Positions 1 through 12,069 of a DNA stretch of 64,000 nucleotides are shown in pieces. Source of the stretch: Gekko japonicus (Eukaryota); the NCBI RefSeq assembly GCF_001447785.1, contig NW_015170414.1, positions 1 to 64,000 of the forward strand, written 5' to 3'. A program made the position numbers and the translations under genes. The notes beneath the pieces are model-generated. The model saw only the letters and a program-made list of their open reading frames with translations. It was not told the DNA's origin and ran no database searches. Position 1 is the first letter of the stretch. Each line of letters begins with the position of its first letter.

Positions 1-462
1 TGCCAAGCAGATGCTGTACCATTGAGCCATGGGCCCTCCCCATACTCTCTCCAAGGAGATTCAGCACTTATCCATAACATTAAGGTTTTTTGTCTTTTTT
101 TAGATGCCTATGTTTATATCTTATAACTGTCTTGTTTATAGGCTTTGAGATAACATTTTATAAATCAAGGTTTCATTGTTAGTATTAAAGCAGGCCATAA
201 GTGATGTATGAAAATATCTGAGTTTGATAATTTGCAATGTATTTGATTGGCATAATTCAAAAAGTTATTCTTAATAAAAACATTCCCTAGTAACTTGGTC
301 AGAAAAAAATTACATGCTACATTGAAGAGTATTAATGGTAGAATTGGTTTATAACTGCATCCCACTGGTTATTAGCAAATTTTAGTGACAATCACACTGG
401 GAAAAGCTTTGTCACTTCCCTTAAAATATTAGATATTGACTTTCTTTTCCTTTCCTTGGCAG

Positions 463-680
463 ATCTCATTGGTACATTGCTGTAATTTGCTTCCCTTGGC
501 TAGACGAAGTCGTTTATGAAGACTCTGTGGGTCAGTGTTCGTTGCAGTCACCCATTCACCAGTTTCCTGTTCAGCCTGAAATGAAAAGTGGAACTGTTAG
601 AACAGAAACTGTTTTGATCTTTAATGATAACTCGAATGATAAAGAAGAAACTGATATAAATAGCAGCCTACAGCCAAATG
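463..680 (+). CDS. SENP7: SENP7 (SUMO-specific protease 7) internal exon with catalytic His
   Basis: Pyrimidine tract and AG at 461-462, donor GTAATG at 681. Translates (E)[24 protein letters not shown]...LQPN, matching recalled SENP7 [20 protein letters not shown]. Phase 2 to 1. Confidence 0.95.
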
Positions 681-786
681 GTAATGATTTAATAGAATAT
701 GATAAAAAATGCTGCATCGTTTTGAAATGATACTCTATACAAATTACTTAGACGTTAGTGAATGATTCTGCATGTAGCTGTAGGGT

Positions 787-912
787 TAGGGTTGCCCACT
801 CTGGGTTGGGATGTGTGCACCATTTGCTGTTGCCATTTTCTTCAGGGGAACTGTTCTGAAGATCAGTTGTAATTCTGTAAAAACTCCAGGCTCTTGGAGG
901 TTGGCAATATTA
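787..912 (+). mobile_element. Short hAT-type MITE, TAGGGTTGCCA-ended family (degenerate)
   Basis: TAGGGTTGCC...TTGGCAATATTA ends. Internal 'gccattttcttcaggggaactg..gatcagttgtaatt' is shared with the copies at 24966, 35812 and 52703. Confidence 0.65.
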
Positions 913-988
913 GCCATTGGTTTTAGGTCTACAGACCACATACAAGGGGAAAATCAATTTACATGGTTATGACTACAGTAGAATAATT

Positions 989-1266
989 GCCAGTTTGGTG
1001 TAGTGGTTAACAGCGATGGACTTTATATCGGGAGAACTGGGTTTGATACCCCACTTCTCCACATGCCACCAGCTGGGTGGCCTTGGGTCAGTTACAAGTG
1101 CTCTCAGAGCTGTTCTCTCAAGAACAGTTCTCTCAGGTTTCTCTCAGCCCCACCTACCTCACAGGGTGTCTGGTCTGGGGAGAGGAAGGGAAAGCGATTG
1201 TAAGCCACTCTGAGACTTCTTCAGATAGTGAAAAGTGGGGTATAAAAACCAGCTCTTCTTCCTCTT
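989..1266 (+). mobile_element. tRNA-derived CORE SINE (Squam3-like)
   Basis: Box A TGGTGTAGTGG, box B GGTTTGATACCC, 'cctacctcacagggtgtc' CORE/MIR-like segment, (TCT)n tail. Five or more homologous copies in the window. Confidence 0.85.
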
Positions 1267-1269
1267 AAG

Positions 1270-1750
1270 TTTATGTATTTGCTATAATTATGGTCTGCCT
1301 TTCTCATTGACAGTCAAGGCAAATTATTCAGTGTAAGTCAATCAATACGTTGAGACATCTAATAAGCACTGTTGTACTAGAATTAGGATTACAAAAGTCT
1401 GAAACAAGCACAGAATATTAGGCATGATACCAAATGCAGATACAATGCAGATAAATGGTGTTACATCTGTAGAAAATTATATATACACACACACACAGCA
1501 AACAGATACCTTTATAGAAATGCCCTTCTGAACAGTTCTGTTTTACATAGTTAATGGAATGCCAGGAGCCTTCCCGGCCTCCTCAGGCAGGCCAATCCTC
1601 CAAAGTGGGGGCCATAGCAGAGAACCCACGTGTACGGGTGATTGTTGATATTGCCCATTTTAAGGGTGGCACCTACAGAAGGCCCTGATCAGGTGAATGA
1701 AACTGTCATGGATGAGCATAGGAGGAGAGGCAGTACTGCAGATATGAGGA
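1270..1750 (-). mobile_element. Old L2-like LINE 3' fragment
   Basis: TTTA-type tail and degenerate similarity to the L2 3' end at 55907-56300 ('gggggccatagcagagaac' vs 'gggggccaccaccgagaaagc'). Boundaries approximate. Confidence 0.45.
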
Positions 1751-2197
1751 TTCAAGAAGACCATGTAGAATGACTACAGAACCGGTGTAATATGCACATT
1801 CCATCTAGCTCCACAGTAACTTAGCTTCAGCATTCTATACCAGCTGGAGTCTCTGAGTTGACATCAAAGGCAGACCTTGACCCTGGAACCACAGATGGAG
1901 TTGCTAGATTCTGTGCAGCAGCCAGATTTCACTGTGGTTCCGTGCTGACTCAGTGAAATATGTTATTTTTTACACTTTGCAATGGTTTTCTGTAAATACT
2001 TTTGCTGTTGTAAATTTTATACTGCTGTTTTAGGACCGTAATAAACAACTGCTGTTACTACTACTACTACTGCTACTAAAGCGCAGTACAATAGTCTGAT
2101 GTTACCATGGCATAGTTCCAAGTGGCCAAATCAGCCAAGTCAAGCTAGGGGACAATCTTCCAGGCTAGAAAATGATTAGCTCACAGTTCCCTAGAGA

Positions 2198-5132
2198 AGG
2201 GGTGGGAAATGGTCAGTAAAATCAGTAAAAGTCAGTTTTTTCATCTTGGTCAGTAATTTGTCAGTTTTTTTAAAAAAATGGTCAGTAAAGTCAGTATTTC
2301 TTTGATTTTTGTGAATGCAATTTGTGTTTTTCCATTTTCATTACTGCATTTTTGGGGAAACATCATGACTTCCCAGTGAGAAGACAGATTGTTTTCAGTT
2401 TAGTTATGAAGTACTTTAAGGACTTTGTTCCTAAGAGTAAAAGTTATAGAAACTTCCACAAAGTATAGAAACATAATTAACCTGTTAAAACATAAGACAA
2501 TGAAAGTAGAGGTGATGGATATTGTGGGATTCAGCATGGCACAACGTATGCTAGAAGGAGTCGAGAAAGCAATGGAAGAAGAGGACAAGGGAAAAAATGC
2601 TTGTGGATGCAGTGCAGAAAACTGTTGAGAAACGAGAGTTCGTGAATAACTTTATTTATTTATTTATTTATTCAATTCAGGGGTGGCTTACAAAGAGATT
2701 AAACATATAGGTCACAAATTATATACAATCTTAAAACCAATAATAAAACTCTACATTATCATAAAGTGCTAGTAAGTGATCAGGTACTTATAAGAATGCT
2801 TACAGAAGGCAGAACCAATACTAGTGTTGTAATCAGATTGGTGGTTGGCTCATCTTGGTCTCTATATTTAGGCAACAGCACAGACTACTGGTGGTAAGCC
2901 AAGGACCAGGGCACTGTCACTTCTCAGTTATTTAATGTTATTTGGTGCGGCTCCTTAGTTGAAGGCCTGGTGGAAGAGCTTCATCTTGCCATGGCTTGCA
3001 ACGCCTGGTGCAGATCTTCCGGTGTAGAGTCAGACTGGCTGCCCAACAACAAATAGAGCTGGGTGTCATCTGCATACTGGTGACATCCCAGCCCATGCCT
3101 CCAGGCAATCTGGGCAAGGGGGCGCATGTAGATGTTAAATAACAGCACCGCCCCTTGGGGCACTCCACAAATCAGTGGGTGCCTTTGGGATAACTGCTCC
3201 CCTAGCGCCACCCTTTGTCCCCAACCCTGAAGGAGGGAAGCCAGCCATTGCAAGGCAGGCCCCTGGTCTCCGGTGTTGGTGAGGCGGTGGATCAGTAACT
3301 AATGGTCTACCATGTCGAACGCCGCCGACAGGTCCAACAGCAACATCACTGCCAATCCGCCCTGATCCAGATGCCTCCGGAGGTCGTCTGTGAGGGCGAC
3401 CAGTGCTGTCTCTGTCCCGTGGCCTGGACAGAAACCGGATTAGAAAGGAGTCTAGAATTGAAGTGTCATCCAAAAAGCTCTGTAGCTGAATTGCCACAGC
3501 CCTCTCAATTATTTTGCCCAAATAGGGCAGATTGGAGACTGGCAATTAGCCAATTTGGCCAGATCCAGAGATTTTTTTTGGGGGGGGACGAACCACAGCT
3601 TCCTTGAGTGCCCTAGGGAACTGTCCCTCTGAGAGGGACTTGTTGATAATCTCCCTTAGGGCATCTCGAAACCCATCATGGCCAGCTTTAATTAGCCATG
3701 ATCGGCATGGGTCAAGGCAGCACCTGGTAGGGCTTACAGTTAAGAGCAATTTGTCAACTTCTTCCAGGCTGAGTGGACTGAAATAATCCATAACCTGACT
3801 AGAAGACGTGCATGGAGCCTCAAGTTCACTTACTGTCTCAACTGTGCTGGGGAGGTCATGGTGGAGCGACAGGACTTTATCTGCAAAGTAGCTCGCAAAG
3901 GCCTCACAGCCAGTGTCCAATTCCCTAACATTTGGTCTGCCTTGTGGCAGAACAGTCATAGACCGAATTATTCTAAATAATTGGACTGGGCATGAGCTCG
4001 CAGATGCAGTCGTGGCCACATAATACTCTGACTGCCATCTCATAGGATCTCATAAATGTCCTATAAGATGTTCTTGTGGCTTTGATGCAGGCACACCGTT
4101 AATGTCTCTCTAGCTATCTTAGCCTTTGCTTCATCAGCCGCAACTCCTGGATAAACCAAGGAGCCAGCCTAGAGTGAGGGCGCAGAGGGCGTCAGGGAGC
4201 GATCTCATTGATGGCTGCCGAGAGTCAGCTGTGCCAATCCTCCACAGGCTCATCTAACAAGCCGCCAGGGGGGCATCGGATCCCGCAGGGTCATTTGAAG
4301 CCACATAGGTCCATTTGGCTCCATGGGCAAGCTGAAATCTGCTTGCTGCCCAAACAGGGCTGGGGTGAAACATTCAGATGGGCCTTCAGGGCATGATGGT
4401 CCGACCATGGCACTGCTGAGGCAGTGACCCGGTCCACTGTGACCCCTGACGCGAAGATCAGATCGAACGTGTGTCCGGCCCGGTGAGTGGGAGTTGTTGT
4501 ATATTGGGAGAGTCCCAGTGCCACCACGAATGACACTAGATCCATCGCCTGAGTGGAGGCCACATCGTCCCTATCTGTATGGACATTGAAATCACGCAGG
4601 ACGATAGGTCTAGGGTGTTCCAATGCTCAGCCAGACACGGCCTCCACCAGGGATGGCAGGCTGCTGGCCGGTTCTTTTTTCATCAAAAAACCAAAGATAA
4701 AGTACAAGCAAAGACAAGTCTTACCTTACAGTAATTATGTTTGGTTGTCATATTTATTACTTTGGTTTTTAATATGTTTTTGCTGTTTTATTATCTGCAG
4801 TTATGTGATTATTCTTAAAAGGGGATCTTTTTTTGCCTTAAATTTTGTACAATAATGAAAACATTGTCTATTCATAAAAAATCAATAAAAAGGTGTGCAA
4901 CCCTTTTATCTGGTCACATCTAGCTATGGGGCTGGCTATGGAGATGGTGGAGGCCAGATAATAATAATTTTTAATGAAGTCCTAGTTTTACATTTAAAAC
5001 GCTAGCTTATCAGTAGGCTGACATTAAATTGTTCAGTACTTTGTCAGTTTTTGGTCAGTATTTGGTCGGGTTTTTTGGAATTTTGTTCAGTAAAATCAGT
5101 ATTTTTGACCCTTGGACTAGTTTCCACCCCTG
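2198..5132. mobile_element. Non-autonomous hAT-type DNA transposon, interrupted by an L2
   Basis: TIRs AGGGGTGGGAAA (2198) / TTTCCACCCCTG (5121-5132). TSD ctagaga (2191-2197) / ctagagac (5133-5140). Clustered (GG)TCAGT(A) subterminal repeats at both ends. Confidence 0.75.
2651..4672 (-). mobile_element. L2-clade LINE, 5'-truncated, frameshifted, internally deleted
   Basis: Minus-strand ORFs give APE endonuclease (RDFNVH, TFDLIF, WSDHH) and RT (PVSNLPYLGKIIER, GVPQG, QYADDTQLY). (TTTA)n tail at 2651. About 700 bp present in the 55907 copy is missing near 2990. Confidence 0.92.
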
Positions 5133-5696
5133 CTAGAGACAATCTTTATTTCTCCCAAGTCTCAGCATCCATTTATTTGCTGAATTACATTTCATATGGA
5201 CATACCAATTGTGTCTGATCAATTGCATTAACTCTAGTACTAGCTTGGAAAATTAGTTCTTTTAAGTGCTTGGGGTTACTTTAGAGGTAACAAAGGTGAA
5301 AAGAGGTAACAAAGGTGTTGTGTGTTTAGTAATTCTTTCAGTGTGTATCTTGCACTAGATTATAGAAATTGAAGAGACCTAAGAAATTTTACACCATACA
5401 CCACAACTTTCATTACCCCCATGGGCAAGTTGTGATTTTGGTCTAATATTTGGTTGTTTTTTTAATTTTGTGAACAGAACCTTCACGTGCATCTCCATTT
5501 TTTCATCTAAAAGGGAAATGGGGATAGTGTTATGCCATTATAGCTCAATCCTGTTTTAAAATATATGCAAAAGAAATGTAATATTTTATTCATTTATTTT
5601 ATGCTTTTCACTACTCAAGTCCATCCCTTCTTCAGTTACAGTAAAAAAACCAAAATTCTTGTCCGTAACCCAGTTTTGTTTGTTGCATAATGTTAG

Positions 5697-5749
5697 ATAA
5701 TGGTCAACATCAAAGGCTGTCTCCAACTTTGGATTCCAGAAGTTCCCAA
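5697..5749 (+). CDS. SENP7: SENP7 53-nt exon (catalytic-domain loop insertion)
   Basis: tgttAG|ATAATGG...TCCCAA|GTAAGT. Encodes DNGQHQRLSPTLDSRSSQ. Phase 1 to 0 exactly bridges the neighbouring exons. Same length and ends as recalled human DNDLRTTSTLSLSAEDSQ. Confidence 0.85.
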
Positions 5750-5767
5750 GTAAGTGGCTGTTATGTC

Positions 5768-6192
5768 TTGTTGTTCAGTTGCACAGTCGAGTCCGACTCT
5801 TCGCGATCCCATGGACCACATCGCGCCAGGCCCTCCTGTCTTCCGTAGTTCTCCGGAGTTTGCTTAATTTCATGTTTGTTGCCTCAATAACACTGTCTAA
5901 CCATCTCATCCTTCACCGTCCCCTTCTTCTTTGACCTTCAATCTTTCCCAGCATCAGGGTCTTCTCCAGTGAGTGCTCCCTTCTCATTTGGTGGCCAAAG
6001 TATTTGAGCTTCAGCTTCCGTATCTGGCCTTCCAGGGAACAGTCAGGGTTGATTTCTTTTAGGAATGACTGAATTGATCTCCTTGCAGTCCAGGGGACTC
6101 TCAAGAGTCTTCTCCAGCACCATAATTCAAAATAATCTGTTATTCGGCGCTCGGCCTTCCTTATAGTCCAACTGTCTCAGCCATACAGTTGT
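5768..6192 (-). mobile_element. RTE-BovB LINE 3' fragment
   Basis: ORF RVPWTARRSIQSFLKEINPDCSLEGQIRKLKLKYFGHQMRREHSLEKTLMLGKIEGQRRRGR is the typical BovB C-terminus. (CAA)n-type tail. Confidence 0.92.
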
Positions 6193-7717
6193 CTTAAAAA
6201 GTTATAATTGTGAACAAATGAAAATATGATTTGTGGTTTGTCACAAAAGACCTGTAGAAGTGGATGTTCGACAGAATACAAACAGGTTTCTGTCCATCCA
6301 TTTTTATGTTAAATTCAGGAACAAATAATTTAGATATAATACTGAATAAGTTCTGATAAGTGCATGAATTTTCCTTAATACCTTCAGTCATTTAACATTG
6401 CAGGAATTAACTGATACAAAACTATAGTACAGAAGTATGAACAGGGTTTGGAGAAGGTTTGTGCCTCTGTTCAGTACCAGAGGATTTTCCGAAGGTGGAG
6501 GAGGGACCCCAGGATGGGTAACTCCACCAACGTGGTTCACATACAGGCTAAGCTAATTAGGCAGGTCTTTAAATAGCCTGGGGGTGACTAGAATCCCAGT
6601 AATAGTATCTTCTGCTTCACAGCTAGGTTCCTCTCCTTTGTTTCTGAACCCATTTCTTTACAAACTTTTCTTTAGGGACTTCATCCTTCTCTCTTCCTTT
6701 CCGTATTCTCTTGCCTTTGCAAAAAGTGTCAGGAAGGACTAGGGAGTCATTGTTCCACTCCCTGGGAGATCAGGGGACAGCTCAAAGGCCTTTTCAACCC
6801 ACCCTCACTACCACCTTGATGGCCTGTCCCTCCCTCAGACTTCACCAGCACTCTTCACAGGCAAGGAGTCAGCATAGCTGCCCCATATCCTCTCAGTGGA
6901 GAACCACTGGCAAGTGGAGAGCTGTTTCAGATGCTGGGAAGAGAAGAAGAGAAGCCAATGATTGGGCTCTCAAGCAAGGCAAACTGCCATGCACAAGGTC
7001 CTGCAGAGGAGCTGCTTTCAAGCCACTGAGTCCTCTGTACCCAGATAGACAACACTGAAAAGATGCCTATGGGCTTTTTCACACCATTAACTATTGTATT
7101 ACACAGGAGGCAAGCCCCCTTTAAGATCCTGCCCTGACTTCTTCATGACCATGTGCCATTCCTCAGCTTGGCTACTAGAGGGTTCCTCTCTGTCATAATT
7201 GCTGAAGGCCAGTTCTGTCTCTGACTCCCACCCCCAATTATTGCGGGGAATGAATTAAGAAGGTTCTTATAAAGACTTTTGGGTTGCAACTAGCCAGTGC
7301 CAGTAAAAGGCACCAGAAGCACAGAACCTCTCCAACCTCTTCCTTCCCTCCTGTCAAATGGTCTCATAGCACAGGTCACACACACACACGCATGCTGCAG
7401 AGCAGATCTTCCAGATGAATCAGGTCTGACCTCATCAAGCCTCTTGTTCCTCCATTACAGGCCAGGCCTCATTTTCAGCAGTTAAGTCCAAAAGTGCAAG
7501 TTTTGGATAGACATAGTCACAATTATGGAATTGTGGAAGTTTATTGTGATATTTCATGTTCTTGTGTTGTTATGCTAGGAAGGCAGAATATGAATTAGTA
7601 AAAGCATTTTATGGTCAGTTTAATAGTTATCTTATTATGTAAGTATTAAATTATGTGAATTTGCTTAGTCGTCTGTTTTCCTTATATTTGATTAGTGCTT
7701 GTGAAATTATTTTTCAG

Positions 7718-7758
7718 AGTTACTCAAGCAGTTCTGAAATAAAGAAGATTTGTAAAAG
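7718..7758 (+). CDS. SENP7: SENP7 41-nt exon
   Basis: ttttcAG|AGTTAC...TGTAAAAG|GTAGG. Encodes SYSSSSEIKKICK(R), compare human ...PKKMCKR. Phase 0 to 2. Confidence 0.9.
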
Positions 7759-7982
7759 GTAGGCCTCTGTATTTGTAACAACACAACAGTATTCGACTAT
7801 ACTTGTTTTTAAAGTAGCTGTATCATAGTATATTTCTACACCTAATACAACAGCTGCTAATTTGTTTCCTTAGTCATATTTAACAAGTTATTTATGTTTC
7901 CTTGGAAGTTCACAAAACAAAGTTGCTTCTAATCATTGATCGTGTAGGCAATGGAAAATGAAATTTATTTTCTTTTCTGTAG

Positions 7983-8051
7983 ACCATGTATCCTTATATT
8001 GGATTCCTTAAAGGCAAGTTCCATACAGAATACAGTTCAACTCTTGAGAGA
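7983..8051 (+). CDS. SENP7: SENP7 exon with catalytic Asp
   Basis: tcttttctgtAG|A CCA TGT...AGA GA|GTGAGT. Encodes (R)[22 protein letters not shown](E). Confidence 0.96.
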
Positions 8052-8133
8052 GTGAGTAACAGTGTGCTTCATTTGATTCTGCATTTTAACAGATGCTGTC
8101 AACCTTCTTTTAGATCAACTGTATATGTGTTCC

Positions 8134-8577
8134 CAGGCCCGTAGCCGGGGGGGGGGGCATTTGGGGTAATCCCCCCCCCCGAAATGAGTGCTGCCCCCTC
8201 AGACAAATTTTTAAAAAAAATCTGGCGGGAAAAGCTTCTGTCTCTCTTTTCCCCCCTTTTTTCCCAGGCCCCCCCAAAAAAGGTTTTTAGAAATGCAAAA
8301 AATACACTTACAAAATGCAAAATAGAGAGAGTCAGAGATTCCCCCACCCCAACTTACACAGAAAAGCAGCCCAGAATCAAGTCTTTCAAGTCGAAAGGAC
8401 TAGAGGAGGACTAGAGGTTGCAGTGGAGCTGGAGCTGCTTCTGCTGCTGCTGCAAGAGGAGCAGCAGGTGCAGCCAGCCCCCCCCCCCAGATTTCCCCAT
8501 ACCCCACCAACCAAAATTTTCTGGCTACGCCCCTGTGGGTGCCATGTATCAACATCGCTATTCTGGCTACGCCCCTG
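8134..8577. mobile_element. hAT-type MITE with duplicated right end
   Basis: TIRs CAGGCCCGTAGCC / CTGGCTACGCCCCTG (at 8521-8535 and again at 8563-8577). TSD tgtgttcc / tgtgtgcc. Confidence 0.75.
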
Positions 8578-9670
8578 TGTGTGCCATGTATCAACATGTC
8601 TAGCTTACATTTTCATAATATGTAACTGTTGTCCTGCATTAATTATATATATAAAATATTTGTATGCTGCTTTTTATTATTATGCAAAATGCACTGTAAA
8701 GTTATTTTGATCTGTGTTTCAAATATCTGTGCAATAAACTTACAAGGTACACAAATGAACTTGCAAACTGGTTTATATTTATACAAATTACTCTTTAAGA
8801 TGAAATAAAGTCCTGGCCATTTGTGAACATTTGACATAAGTTTTGTGGTATAAGAAAAGTTAAAATACCATGCTGTTAGCAAGCAATTGAATACCAAAGG
8901 GTTCAGGTCCCAGGTGCTTCCCTTTACAATTACGCCCTCCAATACCTTCATTTTTTATGCCAAAAATCTTCCCTTATGGGTCTCAGCAGCTGATTTCCAT
9001 TTGCTAGTCAAGACAGATGCAATGGGAATAAACAGCTGAAGCATATTAGGGAAGACCTCAGCCAGATCCCTCTGATGCTGATTATACCAAAAAGTGGAAG
9101 AGTGCTTTGCCAGAATTTCAGTCCATGCTATAGTGAGTTAGTGGACCAAGCCAATATTTCTCGCCATTCAGCCCTTTTTCTGTTCAAAATATGACCCCTA
9201 TTAAAATTCATTTGTTGATAAAGAGTCAGTACGCTCTGGAAGGCATTACAATATAACAAACTAACTGCCAATCACCAGAAGCCTGGATATCATGGGTCAC
9301 ATATGGAGAACTTTTACATATGGAACAAGGCCTTCAGGGCCTTTACTTTCAACAATTCTTCTGTCCCAGACATAGATGGGCCAGGAATGTGAGGCTCTGG
9401 CGTCAAAGAAAGAAAAAAAGACACAAGTAAGTGTGCATACACATTGCTTCTTCATCCCCAAGTGATGCTTTGGTTCCTAGCCACGGAAGTTCTGCCTTAT
9501 GGAAGACCATGTCCGTATATCCAAATAGAGGGTAGGAGAACTGTTTATACAAGGAAAAATAAATGGCATTAATAAAGTTGTCAATAAATCTTATCCAGGT
9601 GTGTGTACTATTGCAGATATTTATTATGTCCATGTATCCACACAAAAATAACTGTATGCTATGATTTCAG

Positions 9671-9821
9671 ATATTTAGAAGTGGAATGGGAAGCAAAACG
9701 CAAAACACGTCGTGTGTTCAGCAAATCAACAATGGTGGATTTCTGTCCAAGAGTCCCTAAACAAAATAACAGTAGTGATTGTGGAGTATATTTACTGCAG
9801 TATGTGGAGACTTTCTTCAAG
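9671..9821 (+). CDS. SENP7: SENP7 exon with catalytic Cys
   Basis: tttcAG|...AAG|GTGCAG. Encodes [50 protein letters not shown], the Ulp1/C48 Q-x-N-x-x-DCG motif. Confidence 0.97.
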
Positions 9822-11059
9822 GTGCAGAACATTTAAATATTTTTTTTTATTTTTCATTTTTTTATTCTGCCCTCTCCAAACAGGCTCAGGGTGGATCATA
9901 ATAAACAGAGTCAAAGACTCATTACAATAAAATTACATTACATAAATTCATTAAAACAGTAAAATTTAGAGGTAGCAGCAATTTATATAAAAGAAAGACT
10001 GTTAGGGCTATTTAGAAGAAGTCAGAACTTTCAGTAGATTGGGAGCTAAAGCAGGGAGGCCAACTAAAATGGATGCCCGCCACCTCACCCAAAGACCTGA
10101 CGGAACAAAAAATATACTTTTTGATTTATTCTTTCAATTTTTCTAGATAAAACTCTGAAATCCCCATCTTACCATAGGCAAATGGATGAACAAATGCTCA
10201 AATCAGATACATTTCTTATTGCCTACTTGGGGAAGATATAAATGAGATTATTAGGTATTCCCTTTTTTTGCCTTTTGATTCATTTCACCTTTGGGAACTG
10301 AAAGCAGGTGATAGCAGATGCTGCGATCCAGCAGACTTTTGTTTGTTTGTTAAAGTCTGCATACACCATGTGACTTTAGTCTGTTGCTGGGATGTCTAGG
10401 TTTTGTGATTTCAGAAGGTTCAGATTTATATTTATCTAAGATTTATATTTTGAATCCCTTTTCGGCCCTGTAGAGTCATAATTTTATGAAAAAGTATTTA
10501 CCAAATGAACGCTGTTTAACAGTACGAATGCAGTAAATGTGTGGGGCCAACCCCAAGTAATCATTTATCACTTTGAATCGCTGTTTTTGTTCCAGATGGT
10601 AATGGCATCATAGGTGGTTCTGGTCACCAAGTTTATTATCGTAAGGAAATATAATGTAACACAGTCTCAGATTAGTTTCTCATAGAATTTTAGTGTTTTA
10701 AGCATCAGTATATACTCCAAATATTGACGATTTAGGTTTATTAAAATTTAAAGTAAACATTAGCTACCATTGTTTGAACTGTCTACTAATGCTCAAAATG
10801 TTCCTTAATATGCAGCATGCATGCGCCATAATAGTCCCACCAAGCCTCTCTGTCAAGCCTGCATTGTCTTGTCTTTTCCATAAGTCTCTCAATCACTACT
10901 TCTTGCGTCTGTGTGCCCGTGAGCACCACAGCCCTTTAACAAGCACTGTTTACATGTATTTGGAATTTGTTTAAAGTGAAATTTTATGCAGAGATAGCAA
11001 TATTTTCCTGTTTTTTAAAAAAATTAATACAACATCATAATTTTTCCTTTAATCTGCAG

Positions 11060-11197
11060 GATCCTATTGTTAACTTTGAACTTCCATTGCACTTAGAGCG
11101 CTGGTTTCCTCGTCAGGTGGTGAAAAATAAGCGAGAAGAAATTAGAGACTTGATCTTGCAACTTCACTTGCAACAGCAGAGCGGTAGCAAGAGCTAG
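11060..11197 (+). CDS. SENP7: SENP7 last coding exon
   Basis: ctgcAG|GAT CCT...; [45 protein letters not shown] then TAG at 11195-11197, matching the recalled SENP7 C-terminus. Confidence 0.97.
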   Translation, partial: DPIVNFELPLHLERWFPRQVVKNKREEIRDLILQLHLQQQSGSKS

Positions 11198-12063
11198 CTG
11201 GACTGTTCTTCCAATCTTGCAGAAGAAGATTTAACCTTTAAAACTACTGGAAATGCAATCAGAAACATTTCTGCCATCAGACTGGCAAAGAGAGGGGGGG
11301 AAACCTGCAGATATTTATAAATTGCATTTATGTAATTTTAAAGTCAATATTTATTATGATGCTTGATTGGATTTTGATTTGGCATGTAAGTGGCGTAAAT
11401 GGGAATGTGCTACAAAGACAGGACATTTTAAAGCCCATTTTCCATCTTGCCAAATAGATCTGTAGCTCTTATTGCTCATCCTGCACAAGAGGGAAGCACT
11501 AAGATGCCATCTCAGAGATGCTTCCTGTGTGACATTTTTAAGTCTTACAAGTGCTGTAGAAATCATTCCCTTGCCTATATCAGTACCATGAAAAAGATTT
11601 ATATTCCTAGTTACTGTGGAGTGAGGTATAAATGCTTCTGATATGCTTCTGGACTCTTGGCATACACAAGTTTTCCCAGAAGTCGGTACATATGAAAACT
11701 TTCCTATGTGGCTTTTTTGAACTCAAGAAAATCATGTGGAACTGGTCCTGTAATTTAGAAATGTAACACAAGAGGGGGCACTCAGGGTTTTTCCACGTCC
11801 ATCTTGATCTCACAGACCAGATTTGGAGTCCTGATTTTTTTTTCCTGCTGTGCAGTAATTGTGTATAGTATGAATACTGTGTATTTTAATATATTTTAAT
11901 AATATAAGGCCATATGGTCTTTACTGGATACAGTAGTAGCTTACACCTGACAAAATACCATCCTGTTTCAACTGTGGCATTTATTTTGAAGGTAAGGAAA
12001 GTCGAGTATTAGTTATTTAGTAATGTAGCTAAATTTTATGGAAAGAAAAAGCTCCTGTTTTAA

Positions 12064-12069
12064 AATAAA
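12064..12069 (+). terminator. Candidate SENP7 polyadenylation signal (AATAAA)
   Basis: AATAAA at the end of about 870 nt of AT-rich sequence after the stop codon, just before repeat-like sequence. Other AATAAA hexamers occur downstream, so the true 3' end is uncertain. Confidence 0.4.

Noticed and set aside
781-792. tagggttagggtt resembling telomeric repeat
   Set aside because: Only two units, and the second is the TAGGGTTGCC MITE terminus.
989-1060. tRNA genes at SINE heads
   Set aside because: Boxes A and B are present but there is no complete cloverleaf, and the sequence continues into SINE bodies.
5283-5317. Short tandem duplications (also near 25990, 26237, 28045, 37983 and 52146)
   Set aside because: Ordinary 15-25 bp slippage or repair duplications with no shared motif.
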